Shown: positions 39,401-49,581 of the stretch, in pieces | Layout of the letters: each line of letters begins with the position of its first letter | Position numbering within the stretch: the stretch's first letter is position 1 | Assembly (NCBI GenBank): GCA_028534125.1 | Contig: CM052818.1 | Span: forward strand, 30,568,001-30,632,000 | Direction of reading: 5' to 3' | DNA length: 64,000 nt | From: Lama glama | Taxonomy: Eukaryota | Made by a program: the position numbers and the translations under genes | Notes under the pieces: generated by a model | What the model was told of the DNA's origin: nothing | What the model saw: only the letters and a program-made list of their open reading frames with translations | Database searches by the model: none

Positions 39401-42400
39401 AGCAACCCAAATATCCATCAAAATAAAATAGATAAACACATGTGGTATATTCATACATGACAATAACATACAACAATGAAAGTAAATGAACTGTAGCTAT
39501 TCACAACACGCTTGAGTTTCAGAAACATAATGGTGAGTTTCCTTCTATATGGAATTAAAAATGAGCAAAATAAACTATATTTTTAGGGATGCATACAAAT
39601 GTGGGAAAGTTGTAAAGAGGCAAAAGGAAATGATTATTACAAAAATCAGGATGGTGGTTACTTCTGGGGTGATGGCAATGTTCCATTTCTTGACTTGGTT
39701 AGTGACTTTATAGGTGTTTATTTGATGGTAATTCATTAAACTATTCACATAGGTTTATGAACTTTCCTGTATGATGGTTACATTGCTCCAAAAAAGAAGA
39801 AAAATTATAAATAGGATGTAGTTCGATGTCTAGTATTTGGCATTATATCATGGGTGTATTTTTGTTTTGAGGTTATTTATATTTTTTAACATCTTCCTAG
39901 ATTCCTCTAGATTCATAGTTCCTAACGTTTAGAGGAGTCTCTCTCTTTTCTCAAAGAGTTCTGCATTCCACTTTCTAGGGAATGTTAGTGTCCATAATTA
40001 AATCATATTAGAGAGACATATGGAAAGCCATACGATTGAGTGGCTGCTGTCAAATGCCATTCCAGTGCTGCGTGGGGGTAACCAGGCTTTACTTTTCTTC
40101 TACTGTAATCTGGATTTCACTTCTAGATCTATATAAAGCTGATCCAATCCTCTGTTTATAGGATTGAATTTATTTATAAGGATGAAATTTACTTTTCAAG
40201 GCTGTGGTAATAGTGGCTACTATGCATTTTAATGAAACAAGACAAATAATAGCATAAATGATTGTTCTAGGACCAGGGAATAATGTTTTTTCTCTGCATA
40301 CATTTAAGGGAAATAGTTTTTAAAAATGGATTTGATGCGATTTCCTGTTGTTTCATCTCGTTGTTTGATTTTTTTTTTTTTAAACAATGGATCCTGACCT
40401 TTCTCCTGTATATATCCCAGGACATTTGTTTACTCACTGCTCACTAGAGGGAGGCCTTTTCCAGTTGTCTTCCTTTTCAGAGGCTTTGTCTTCTGCGTGG
40501 GAAATGGACTCCTCCAAAGCTACTATCTGGTTTACTGTGCTGAATACCCTGCTGAGTGGTACACAGACATACGGTTTAGCCTGGGTAAGTAAATCTGACC
40601 ACGTCTCACCCATGCCCCAGTAAACATCCCTTCCCACAGGCTAAATCACCATCACCTCTCCCTGTCCTACTGCAGTAACCTCCCAAGGATTCCATCCTGC
40701 CCTCTTCTCACCTTTGTCTTTTCTCTGTATACAGCCTCAGAGATCTTTGCAAAACATCATTTCATTCCCCATCTCAAAACCTTCCAACACATTTCTGTTA
40801 ATCTCAGGATAAAACACAAATTCCTTACAACTGCCTTTGAAACCCAAATGCTCTTGGTCCTGCCCCCTTTCCTGACTTAATCTCCTGTGTCCATTCACCT
40901 CATCTTCTGTGCTGTAGCCTCATTGGCCTTTCTGGACCTGCAGCGGTCAAAGCCTGTCCTGCCCAGAGCTTTTGTACAGTCTACACCTGTTGCCTAGAAT
41001 TCCTAGCCCTGTGTTTTGATGGAGCTTGGTCCTTCACTTTATTTAAGTCTCTGTTAATTCATACTATCTCAGAAAGATTTTTCCTGACCACTTACCTAAA
41101 ATAGTAAGTAGAAAACACTGATCATTGAGTTTTTTTCATTATCTGCAGGAGGAACTAAAGTTCTTTACTAAAGTAAAGGTTCAGTGTTTGTACATTATTT
41201 TGGCTCAAACTAAAAAGACAGAGATTATCCTTAATTTTCTTTACATCACACACCTCATTCTCTACAAAAGCTTAATACAGCTGCCTCTAGCTCCAAAATA
41301 GGTGCCAACGGGGCTCAGTTCTCCCTGACCGCACTAACTGTATCCTGGTCTGAGCCACGATGACCTCTTGCCTGGACTGCCACAGTGACCTTCAGACTAA
41401 CCTTCCTACCTCTGGTCCTGGCCTTCAGTAGCCCCTTCTCCACACAACAGTCAGAGTGAACATTTGAAAACAAGAACAGCCAGAAGACTAATTGTGCGAA
41501 TGCTAATACAGGCACGCAATGGAGTATTCTGGAGCCACAGAAACAACCAGATAATGAAAAACAAAAGCAAGGAACATCTCTGTGCTCCTGTGGAGACATC
41601 TCCAGAACATGTGGTTAAATAAAAATAAAGTGTGCATGGTGTATATAGTATGCTGCTTTTTATGTAAAAATGGGATAGAAGGACAATGGCTGTATGTGTG
41701 TATAAAATTGGAAAAGGAAATATTGGATTGATAGAAAAGAAACTAATGTAAAAAAGGTTATCTCTAGGGTTTGGGATAAAAAGAATGGTAGGCAGAACTG
41801 TTTTTTAAGTATAGTTTTGTCCTTTGAATCATGGAACTTTACAATGCACTTTAAAAAGATCTAAATGGAAGAAAGTCCCTTAACATTGAGAACAAACGAA
41901 AAATGTACCTAACTTCACAGTAAACTGGTAACATAGCCATACAGGAAAATGATTTTTGTCAGTTTATAGGAATTATAGAGAATACAAAAATAAGTCAAAT
42001 GCCACCATGTGGAAGTAAGCCAGTCTTATATAAAAAGGGGAGGGCATTCTGAAGGACCACTGTCTGGTCTTTTCAAGAAGTCAGTGTCCTGGAAAAAAAA
42101 AAAGTAAGGAGTCTAGTTTAGATTAAAATGGCCTTAAAGGATATAATCACCAGGTGTCAGGTATGGTCCTGTATTAGACTTCGGTTTACATGAACCATCT
42201 AGAAGAGGAATTCTGGGAAATTGGAATATGCCTAGATATCATGTAAGATGAAGATCTGGAAGGAAATGCCCTAGGTGTTTGATGGTGGCAGTTCTTGGGT
42301 GGTAGGAATAAAGTGTCCAGGTTTTCTTACTTTTGCTAATTAGTGTTTCGTCTCACACAAAACATACATACTTCTTTTGTAGTAATAATAAACTGACATC

Positions 42401-45400
42401 AGATCCTACTTCTTCTCTGCTTAAAACCTGCCGATCGTTTACTATTGCACTTAAAAATCCAAACTCCTCACAATGGCCCATAAAGTTTGATGTGATTTTT
42501 TAAAGTTATCATCCTGTTCACATCTCCTTAATTTCCCCCATCTAGTTAAAGCATTAGCTGTGACACTTTTGTTTTTTTAGACATTCTAAACCTATACTAG
42601 CCTCAGGACCTTTGCACCTGTTAGTCCTGCTACCAGAACGCTCTCCCTCAGACCTTTGTATTCTCATTATTCAAATCATAGGAAAGATGCCAAATCTTCA
42701 GAAAAGCTTTCCTTATTGACCTCATCTACAGTAGAGGTATTTCCTTCCCACCCCAATCCACTCTCTCATTATCCTATTTTGATTTTCTGCTTTGTAGTGA
42801 TATTATGTGATTTTTAATTTTTTTGTTATTTTAATTCATTTCTGTGTTTCTTCACTGAAATGTCAGCTCTGTGAGAACAGACACCTTGGCTGTTTTTCTC
42901 ACTGCTGTATCCTTGGTGTTTAGTACAGTGCTTGGTATACATAGTAAGACCTCAATAAATACTATTTGAATAAATGAATGAAAGAATCAACACGTGAATG
43001 AAGTCTCATACCATCCTTGTAAGGCAGGTACTGTTAAAATCTGTATTTTACAGAGGAGAAAACTGAGGCTGAGAGAGGTTAAATGAATTGTCCAAGAACA
43101 CACAGACATTGAAGCTAAGGTGCTTGCTTTTCCACTGCTATATGTGCTATCTCTCCACCCCTTTCCCTCCCTCCACTGACGTCCCCTCCCAGGTTCCCTT
43201 TCTTCCAGGCTAATGATCTTTTGATTAGACAAGATTGAAAATTGTTGTTTCATATAACAGCAAATGTGGTGAGAGTAGATCTGTTTCTAATTTAGTTGTT
43301 CTTGCTTTTTGCCTGAAGTATTTTGATCAACACAAATACACTTGGCTGAGAGATGGGGTTGGGCATCCTTGTGGAACAGTGAGTGTTTCTGGGCCTATTG
43401 GGATATAAGAGCAAGCATGCCTGATCCTAGCTCTCCTCACCTCGGACCAGGGTCCTTTCTGTACCAGCAAATGGAGAAGGGGAGTGTATGTATGAACCAG
43501 CAGCAGTGGAAACCAGTTTGCTAGGTGCCAGGCTCTCCAGTTACTTCCATGAGAATGGATATGTCAATCAGTAATGCTCTCAGCAATAAGTGACAGAAAA
43601 CCAGCTCTAAGTGACTTAAATAACTACAATTTTACATTTTTTACATAACAAGAATGTCCAAAGGTAGGTGGTGTCTGCATTCCTTCAGTTGTTTATTGGT
43701 GTCATTAAGGTCCCAGGAACTTTCTTTCCATTCCACTGTTCTCAGCATATTTACGTCTAGTCCTCATGATAGCCACTTCATGGTTTTGCAAGACAGTTCC
43801 TGTGGCTCAAGACATTGCATCTGGCAACAAAGGAAGAGGGAGGCTGTAGAAGCAGATTCCATCTGCCCCCTTTATTGGAAAAGCAAAATATTTCCAAGGA
43901 AGCCCCCAGAAGACTTCTCTTTACATCCTCTTTGCAGAACTAGGTCACAAGACTAGCTTCCAGCCCTCCGGCCTCTATAGTGGAAGGTGGCAAAGAAGAA
44001 GGGGTTGGAATTGGCTGTTGAGTTTGCTGACCATGGTTTGGTTATTTGTGAATGAGCTGAAGGCTTGCTGTCTATTCATTTATTTATTTTATTTACTTAT
44101 TTATGTAAGTATTGGGTGATGGTGGTGCCTCCCTCGCCCCTCTCCCACTTGCCGTCATCACGTGCCGCTGTGCATTTTTAGTCTTGGTCTATGAAACAGC
44201 ACAGCCCCTCCATTCAAACCTGGGGCCAGGGTTAATTGCCTACTCCCTCTTTTTTTTCCCCCCATCTCTGTATGATTCTTAGAATTCAAAGTTAAGTGCC
44301 TTTCCCTTTATTTTTAGGGAAAAAAAACTTAGCTTGGGAGAAAAACGCCAAAATCAGAACAACTTTTTAATGTCTTCCCTCTCTTCTTTGCCAAGGTGTC
44401 TTCTTATTTATTTTGGGAATGGGAATCAACATTCATAGTGACTATATCCTGCGCCGGCTCAGGAAGCCTGGAGAAACCACCTATAGGATCCCACAAGGTA
44501 ATGTCCCCCTGCCCTCCAGGTTCCCACTCTTCCTTGGGAGACTGCACCAGGAATTATGCTGTGAGTGACAAGTGGAGAGGGGACAGACAGGGCACAAACA
44601 ACCCTGTATCCCAATTCCCCCCGACCTCTCCTCCATATCCTATTCTACTCCACCATACATTTGCATTTCTGATCTGAACTTTTAAAGATCAAGAGTAGTA
44701 CAAGTAGTACAAGAACCTCAGGAAGGTTCATGACCACAGGACCCTTGAGGGGAGGGGAGTGTGAGGTTTGGAATAGGATGGAGGAAGGCTGCCACTTCGT
44801 TGGAGTAGCTGAGATTACTGTGCCGCATTAGGGTTCTCCAGAAACATAGAACCAGTAGGAATAGATGTAGCATAGCTATCGATGTAGATATTGATGAAGT
44901 TATTTATTATAAGGGATTGGCTCACATGGTTATGGAGGCTGAGAAATCCCATGATCAGCCGTCTGCAAGGTGGAGACCCCGGAGAGTAGGTGGTGTAATT
45001 TCTAGCTTGAGTCCCAAAGCCTGAGAACTAGGAGAGCTCACCATGCAAGTTCCAGTCTGAGTGCAGGGGACTGATATCCCAGCTCAGAAACAGAGCAGAC
45101 TCTCCCTTACCCTGCCTGTTGTTCTGTTCAGGCCTCTGGCGGCCTGGATGCCCATCAGCACTGGGGAGGACAATCTGCTTTACTCAGTCTGGATTCAGGA
45201 ATCATCTCCCCAGAAAAAGCTTCACAGACACACCCAGAAATAATGATTAACCAAATGTCTGGGCACACTAATGGCTGATACAAAAAATTAACCATCCTAC
45301 GTACAGAGTGTCAATCCTTCCTGGGTTAGCAAATAAAGGTAAATCATGCACGACCGACAGATCTGTCCTCTTCAGCAAGTCTCATTAGACTTTCTAGTGC

Positions 45401-48400
45401 GTTGCCAGGGGTAGTGTTTGTGCATTTCCTGCCACTTGTATGTTCTTAAAGCTTCAGAGGAGCCATATTTTTCTAGTCAAAAATTAGCATGGGAAATCTC
45501 ACAAATGCATTTTCAGAGGTAAAGGTGCAGAATATTTGAAATCCTAATGATTCCTAAGTAACCAGGATGTGAAGTTGACAAATACAAGCAGGTGGGAGTG
45601 AATTAGTCTAAGTCATCCTTCAATATTTTTAGGGGGTTTTAGTGTAGGTCAGTGACTCCTCACCTTTTTTGATGTAAATACATTAAAAATAAATGAATTA
45701 TGACATGGGGTTAACACAGATTAGTATCTACTGATTACAAAAACAATGACAAAGCTACTTTGGATTCAATAACACATTTAAATAAATTTGCATGTTGCTA
45801 ACACCCTAACAGTATCTATAACAAGCAAAAATAACTGTAGGTTGAGATCTATACTGTTTGCTATATTCATAGACTGTTTATAGACCTTTCGCAATAGGCC
45901 AGTGGTTCCTTCTGGGATCTGGGGAATTGCAGGTCAAGAACTGCTGATGCAATGCCACCCTTAAGGAAGATAACTTTAAGGGGCTTTGATTTTTTTAAGT
46001 CTTCACTCAGTAACTAGACAAATAGAGAAGAGCAGAGGAACTTCTTAAAAGCTCGATTGCCAAGCTTAGTTTCCAGCTATTAAGTTAGGTTAGAGAATGG
46101 TTTAAAAACAAGATATTCTTTATATAACATGGAAAGAAAAAGAATTGTTCTGGTTAAAACTTTCCCAGTCTAGTGTGGGACAGAAATTCTAAGTGTAGAA
46201 ATATTTACTGTCATTAGAATGTGTTGGTTTCTAGACATAGTTTTGAGATCAGAAATAGTGGTTGGAGAGAAAAGGAAACCTTTAAAATCAGTACAGATGC
46301 CCGAGCCTCGAGGAGGGCAAACCCGTGCAGCTCCCACTCTGCACCTGAAGCTTAAACAGAGGGAACTGCTTTGCGCGAGGGGAGGGCAATGGCCAGAGGG
46401 GAGTCTGGTTACTTCCCACATCAGTTCAGATTTTTATTATTTTCACGGCGTGTGTTGTTTCACTTTTGTGACTGTGAACAGTGATGTGGTCTGACGGGCA
46501 GTGCGGGTGTCCAGGGAAGGAGTGAGAAGGTGAAAGGCGGTTGGAAATGTTACTTGATAGAACGGAACAAACCGCAGACCTGTTCAGAGCCAGTGGTCCA
46601 GCAGTTGTTAGAGAGTGGATGGAGCCCATTCGGCAGTTGGGGCCACTCCTCATGACTCTAGGCTGTTCTGAGGGCTACTGGCTGCAAGGCTTTGTTTTCC
46701 TTTCTCCCCGGGAGGATTCCACCAAACTCCCATGGCTGTGAAGGCAGTATCCAGCCCCGCATCAGGTCTGGATGCCCTCATGTATTTTGGAACAAAGCAG
46801 AGGGGTTTTAACAGGGCAGTGATCCAGTTCTGGTGATTGACTTGTTCATTCTTCTGCACGCAGGTGGCTTGTTCACGTATGTTTCTGGAGCCAATTTCCT
46901 TGGTGAGATCATTGAATGGATTGGCTACGCCCTGGCCACTTGGTCCCTCCCAGGACTTGCGTTTGCATTCTTCTCACTTTGTTTCCTTGGGCAGCGAGCT
47001 TTTCACCACCATAGGTAAACTTTTCAATCAAGGTGGCAGCATCCACGCGGCTTTCTTCTCTGAACAGGCTTTTATTAACACAAGAGTCAGATTTAGAAAC
47101 CTAAGAGATTTATTTTTTACAAGGTAAGGTTGATACAATAGTCCAGACTAGTAAACTCTGACTTCTTAGGTTTTCACTGAATTTTCAATTTAGCTGGGTG
47201 GCAGTAGCGGTAACTTTTTTTTCTATGAGCAAAATCAAACCTACATACACAGGGCACTCAAGGTGACTTGGGAAGCCATGTGCCGCCTTGTTGAAGAAGG
47301 CTTCTCGGAGAGGAGCACTTTGTGTCCACGTGAGTTAGTTCACCTGTGCTCTGTGTGCTCCTGTCAGGCTTACCTGGCAGTGGCTACTGTTTGGCAGTGG
47401 GCTGTAGGTAAGAGTCAGGAGGTACAAGACATAGCTTCCATTCCCATGCTTCAGTTCAGTTCACCTCCACCACACCTGTCCAAGTGTGTTCCATGGGTGG
47501 GACCATGGGTGGCACTTTCCAGAACTTCAGAGGTAATTCTCAGGTGCAGCCAGGGTTGAGAACCACCGGGAAAAAGCACTAGCCCTGTGTCTAGTGTGGC
47601 TGCTGTTTTGATTCTGAGTTTGATGCTAACAGTTCAGGTCATCACAGAGCCCTGGAAACTCCAGGATTATCTTCCCAGGATCTGTATAATACCAGGGCTT
47701 ATTTTGGAACTCTCCTCCTTCCCCTATCCAGATCCTCCATAAATTCTAATCAGGGGCATTGCTGGCTTTCTGGGAAGGTAGGATCAACAGTTGTGTACTT
47801 GTGTTGTGCAGTCTCAGGACTATGCCGTCTACTGATGAATTCTGGGAATTGCAGGGGTTTAGACTCCCCTGCAGGTATAGCCTGAAGCTTTACTAACTCC
47901 TACTTCCCTCCCATCCCCTGCACCTGGGATGGGGTGGGGACAGAAGAGCTAACTAAAAGTTAACTAAGAAGGTTACATACTAAGTTGCTATTATGTTCGA
48001 CTAATGTTCAACTAATGATTAATTTCATAGTTTTGAAGGTTAAGCTGAGAATGAATTCTTTTCCTTGAGTGCAGTTTATGCAGGGAGCTGTCGGAAGTGA
48101 ATGAAACAGCAGCTCTCCTGGGCTTGGTGGGGAAGGGGGCCAGAGGGTCCCCAGCCTGTAGGAGAGTCAGCATAACAGTTGTCTCCCTTTCAGGTAGGGC
48201 CTGTGGCCCACCAGACTCAGAGTGGTGAGGGAGAGGACAGGGCATTGCCAGCATTTGGAGGGGCCCTGGTCAGGGGAGGGACAGCATTTTCACCAGAGGA
48301 TTCCAGCTGGTGCAACAGCAAAATCCAAACTGAGGTCCTGTCCTGTTATGTCAGGCAGCTTCAGAGGGAAGATCAGAGGGCCTCTTTTTTTTATAGGGCT

Positions 48401-49581
48401 AACTGGGGTTTGTGAGAGGCAGCTCTGCAGACCTCAAATCACAGCATGGAAAGCCAGCCACCTCCTGTGATGTATTATTACTATTTGTACCCCAGTTCAA
48501 ACTAAGGTACTTGTGCAGAGTGTTAGTTCAGAGAAAAACCTGGTCACTTAAAGAGAAAGCCTTTTTATGAGATGTATTAGTCTCCTGGGGCTGCTGAAAC
48601 AGATGACCACAAAATGAGTGGCTTAAAAGAACAGAAATTTATTCTTTCATAGTTCTGGAGGCAGAAGTCTGAAATCAGGATGTGGGCAGAGCCATGCTCT
48701 CTGAAGGCTCGAGGGAGGAATCCTCCCTTGCCTCTTCCTAGCTTCTGGCAGTGGCAGTAATCCTTGGTGTTCACGGCTTATAGCTGCGTCACTCTAATCC
48801 CTGCCTCTGTCTTCTCCCCGTGTGTCTGTCTCTGTGTCGTTTCTTCCCCTTCTCATGAGAAGGCCAGTCATAGTGGCTTAAAGGCCCACGTTGCTCCAGT
48901 ATGACCTCATCTTAACTTAATAAATTATATCTACAATGACCCTATTTCCAAAATAAGGTCACATTCTCATATACTGAGGGGTTAGGACTTCAGCATATAT
49001 TTTTAGGGGGATACAATTTAACCCATAAGAAGGTAACATTTTCCTGGCATTCTCAGGCCTCATGAAGGGCTATTTTCCTGGGAACATGACTAGTTGTCTA
49101 GGGTTAACCTTGCCCATGCTCTTTTGGGTCTCTGGTTCCTTGTATTTCTCAACTGAATCCATTGGGTACTTCTTTCTGGCCGTGACATTTGTTTTACTGG
49201 GCGAAATATACACGACATAAAATTTACCATTTTAAGACAATAAATTTACCATTCATTGGCATCAAGTACATGCACCATGTTGTACAGCCATCACTGCTGT
49301 CCTCTGGCTGTTACTTTTTATTTCTCAACACAAGACACTTCAGCACTTAAAACAGATTGGAGACAGGACAGAGGAAGATGACAGATGGCCATCTGGAAAA
49401 GTCAGGCTCTGAATAACTGGGGGCTGATTTATGTCAGGGATTTCAGACAGATGAAACCTCAGTCGTTGACCACAGTTTGGTTATATTTATAATTATTCCT
49501 TTCTTGTCTTTTAGGTTCTACCTCAAGATGTTTGAGGACTACCCCAAGTCTCGGAAAGCTCTCATTCCATTCATCTTTTAA
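13800..49581 (+). CDS. SRD5A2: Steroid 5-alpha-reductase 2 (3-oxo-5-alpha-steroid 4-dehydrogenase 2), spliced CDS join(13800..14080,40421..40584,44396..44497,46864..47014,49515..49581), 254 aa
   Basis: Five exons join in frame to 765 nt, from MPVLCQQSPVLAGS to ...YPKSRKALIPFIF*. Exon sizes 281/164/102/151/67 match the SRD5A2 structure as recalled. All junctions are GT-AG. Hallmark residues present (GYGK, E57, Y91, R114, N160/H162/D164, R171, N193, E197, R227, H231, Y235, R246). Confidence 0.98.
14950..15130 (-). mobile_element. MIR SINE
   Basis: CCCACTTTATAGGCAAAGAAACTGAGGCT...GGTTAAGTGACT core. Confidence 0.7.
16100..16325 (-). mobile_element. MIR SINE
   Basis: ATTTTGCAGGTGGGAAACTG...GGTTAAATAACTTGCCCAAGGTCACACAG core. 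Confidence 0.75.
18434..18650. mobile_element. MER58A-like hAT MITE
   Basis: Terminal inverted repeats GGGGTCAGCAAAC ... GTTTGCTAGCCCC; internal TGTTCCAATAAAACTTTATTTATAAAAATAGGC. Confidence 0.8.
20781..22019 (+). mobile_element. Old L1 (L1MC/MD-like) 3' end with an inverted 5' segment
   Basis: 20781-21223 is antisense L1; 21226-22019 is sense L1 ending CAATAAAGCTAAAAAAAA. Confidence 0.75.
22820..26060 (-). mobile_element. Old L1M fragment (ORF2 N-terminus, ORF1 and 5' region)
   Basis: Antisense L1 motifs (TTTCTAATTTAATTCCATTATGG, CTTGAAAAGAATGTATATTCTGCTG, CTTTAAAGATGTTGCTCCACTGTC). Confidence 0.75.
26196..26545 (-). mobile_element. MaLR LTR (MLT1A0-like)
   Basis: CTCACAGTTCTAGAGTCTGGAAGTCTGAGATCATGGTGCCAGCA ... 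TATAAGGACACTAATCCCATTCATGA ... CAACATATGAATTTTGAGG. Confidence 0.8.
28169..28347. mobile_element. MER5A-like hAT element
   Basis: CAATGGTTTTCACCCTGGCTGCACATTAGAGTCATCC ... GGTGATTTGAATATGCATCCAGAATTGAGAGCCTCTG. Confidence 0.65.
28400..28660 (+). mobile_element. MIR SINE (near full length)
   Basis: TGTGCCTCAGTTTCCTTATCTGTACAGTGGGGATAAT ... CTTAGAACATTGCCTGGAGCATAGTAAGCACT. Confidence 0.8.
28741..29217 (-). mobile_element. MaLR LTR (MLT1C/D-like)
   Basis: TGTTTTAGTTCCCTGTAGCTGCTATAATAAATTACCACAAACTGGGTG ... TTCTGGAGGCCAGAAGTCTGAAATCAAG ... ATTCAAACCACAATACA. Confidence 0.8.
29625..30140 (-). mobile_element. Old MaLR LTR (MLT1J/K-like)
   Basis: AATCAGGACTCTTTTC...CAAGTGACAGAAAAATCAACT ... CTCTTGGCTCTGCTTC. 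Confidence 0.55.
30400..30433. repeat. (CA)17 microsatellite in SRD5A2 intron 1
   Basis: Uninterrupted CA run, directly visible. Confidence 0.95.
31702..32242 (+). mobile_element. MaLR LTR (MLT1F/G-like) inserted into a MIR (31590-31701)
   Basis: TGTGGTAGTTAAAAAATATGTCCACAAATT ... TAAGTTTTGGAATTGTTTATTATGCAGCAATAACTAACTAATA; directly preceded by the MIR core ...AGAGGAGTTAAGTTTCCAAGGTCAT. Confidence 0.75.
32744..36385 (-). mobile_element. L1MC1-like element (3' UTR and ORF2), containing a foreign insert at ~33400-33904
   Basis: Starts TTTTATTTTGAGATAATTATAGATTCACATG...TTTACCCAGTTTTCTCCAAAGGTAACATCT, then antisense ORF2 motifs. Confidence 0.8.
36390..37230 (-). mobile_element. L2 LINE fragment
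   Basis: GAAGGTAGAGCTGACAGGATTTACT, TTGCCATTTATTGAGATGG, GAGCCCTGGGGCACACCAATATTTAGAGGTCA. Confidence 0.75.
38000..38700 (-). mobile_element. Old L1M 5'-region fragment
   Basis: AGGTCAGTGAGAGGTGAGGGCTTAGG, TAAAATGCCACAAAGCT and GCTGCAAGCCTTTGGTTAAT resemble L1M4/L1MC 5' ends. Confidence 0.5.
38731..38973. mobile_element. Tigger2a/MER8-type TcMar MITE (243 bp)
   Basis: TIRs CACTTGACCCTTGAACAA and TTGTTTAAGGGTCAACTG, flanked on both sides by TA (38729-30, 38974-75). Confidence 0.9.
39000..39810 (+). mobile_element. L1ME-like 3' fragment
   Basis: GGAAGCAACCCAAATATCCATCAA, TGTGGTATATTCATAC, GGTGATGGCAATGTTCCATTTCTTGAC. Confidence 0.65.
40421..40584 (+). CDS. SRD5A2: SRD5A2 coding exon 2 (aa 94-149)
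   Basis: Acceptor ...TATCCCAG|G; translates TFVYSLLTRGRPFPVVFLFRGFVFCVGNGLLQSYYLVYCAEYPAEWYTDIRFSLG; donor TGG|GTAAGT. Confidence 0.97.
40625..41110 (+). mobile_element. L2 fragment just downstream of exon 2
   Basis: CTACTGCAGTAACCTCCC, CTCAAAACCTTCCAA, TTTTCCTGACCAC. Confidence 0.55.
42400..42985 (+). mobile_element. L2 3' end
   Basis: CTCAGGACCTTTGCACCTG ... TAGTACAGTGCTTGGTATACATAGTAAGACCTCAATAAATACTATTTGAATAAATGAATGAA. Confidence 0.75.
43000..43110 (-). mobile_element. MIR SINE
   Basis: TATTTTACAGAGGAGAAAACTGAGGCTGAGAGAGGTTAAATGAATTGTCCAAG. Confidence 0.75.
43562..44035 (-). mobile_element. Old MaLR LTR (MLT1I/J-like)
   Basis: TAAGTGACAGAAAACCAGCTCTAAGTGACTTAAA ... ACATAACAAGAATGTCCAAAGGTAGG ... 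CAGAACTAGGTCACA. Confidence 0.55.
44396..44497 (+). CDS. SRD5A2: SRD5A2 coding exon 3 (aa 149-183)
   Basis: Polypyrimidine tract then CCAAG|GT; translates VFLFILGMGINIHSDYILRRLRKPGETTYRIPQG; donor AAG|GTAATG. Confidence 0.97.
44823..45298 (-). mobile_element. ERVL LTR (MLT2B/D-like) in intron 3
   Basis: ATTAGGGTTCTCCAGAAACATAGAACCAGTAGGA ... GGATTGGCTCACATGGTTATGGAGGCTGAGAAATCCCATGATC ... AAAATTAACCATC. Confidence 0.85.
46864..47014 (+). CDS. SRD5A2: SRD5A2 coding exon 4 (aa 183-233)
   Basis: Acceptor CACGCAG|GT; translates GLFTYVSGANFLGEIIEWIGYALATWSLPGLAFAFFSLCFLGQRAFHHHR; donor TAG|GTAAAC. Confidence 0.97.
48573..49030 (-). mobile_element. MaLR LTR (MLT1B/C-like) in intron 4
   Basis: TGTATTAGTCTCCTGGGGCTGC ... 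CCAGTATGACCTCATCTTAACTT ... GACCCTATTTCCAAAATAAGGTCACATTCT. Confidence 0.85.
49191..49302 (-). mobile_element. Short L1MB-like 3' end with degenerate TSD
   Basis: ATAAAATTTACCATTTTAA...AGTACATGCACCATGTTGTACAGCCATCAC, flanked by TCTGGCCGTGACATTT (49175-49190) / TCTGGCTGTTACTTTT (49303-49318). Confidence 0.6.
49515..49581 (+). CDS. SRD5A2: SRD5A2 coding exon 5 (aa 233-254, stop)
   Basis: Acceptor TCTTTTAG|G; translates FYLKMFEDYPKSRKALIPFIF; TAA at 49579-49581. Confidence 0.97.
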
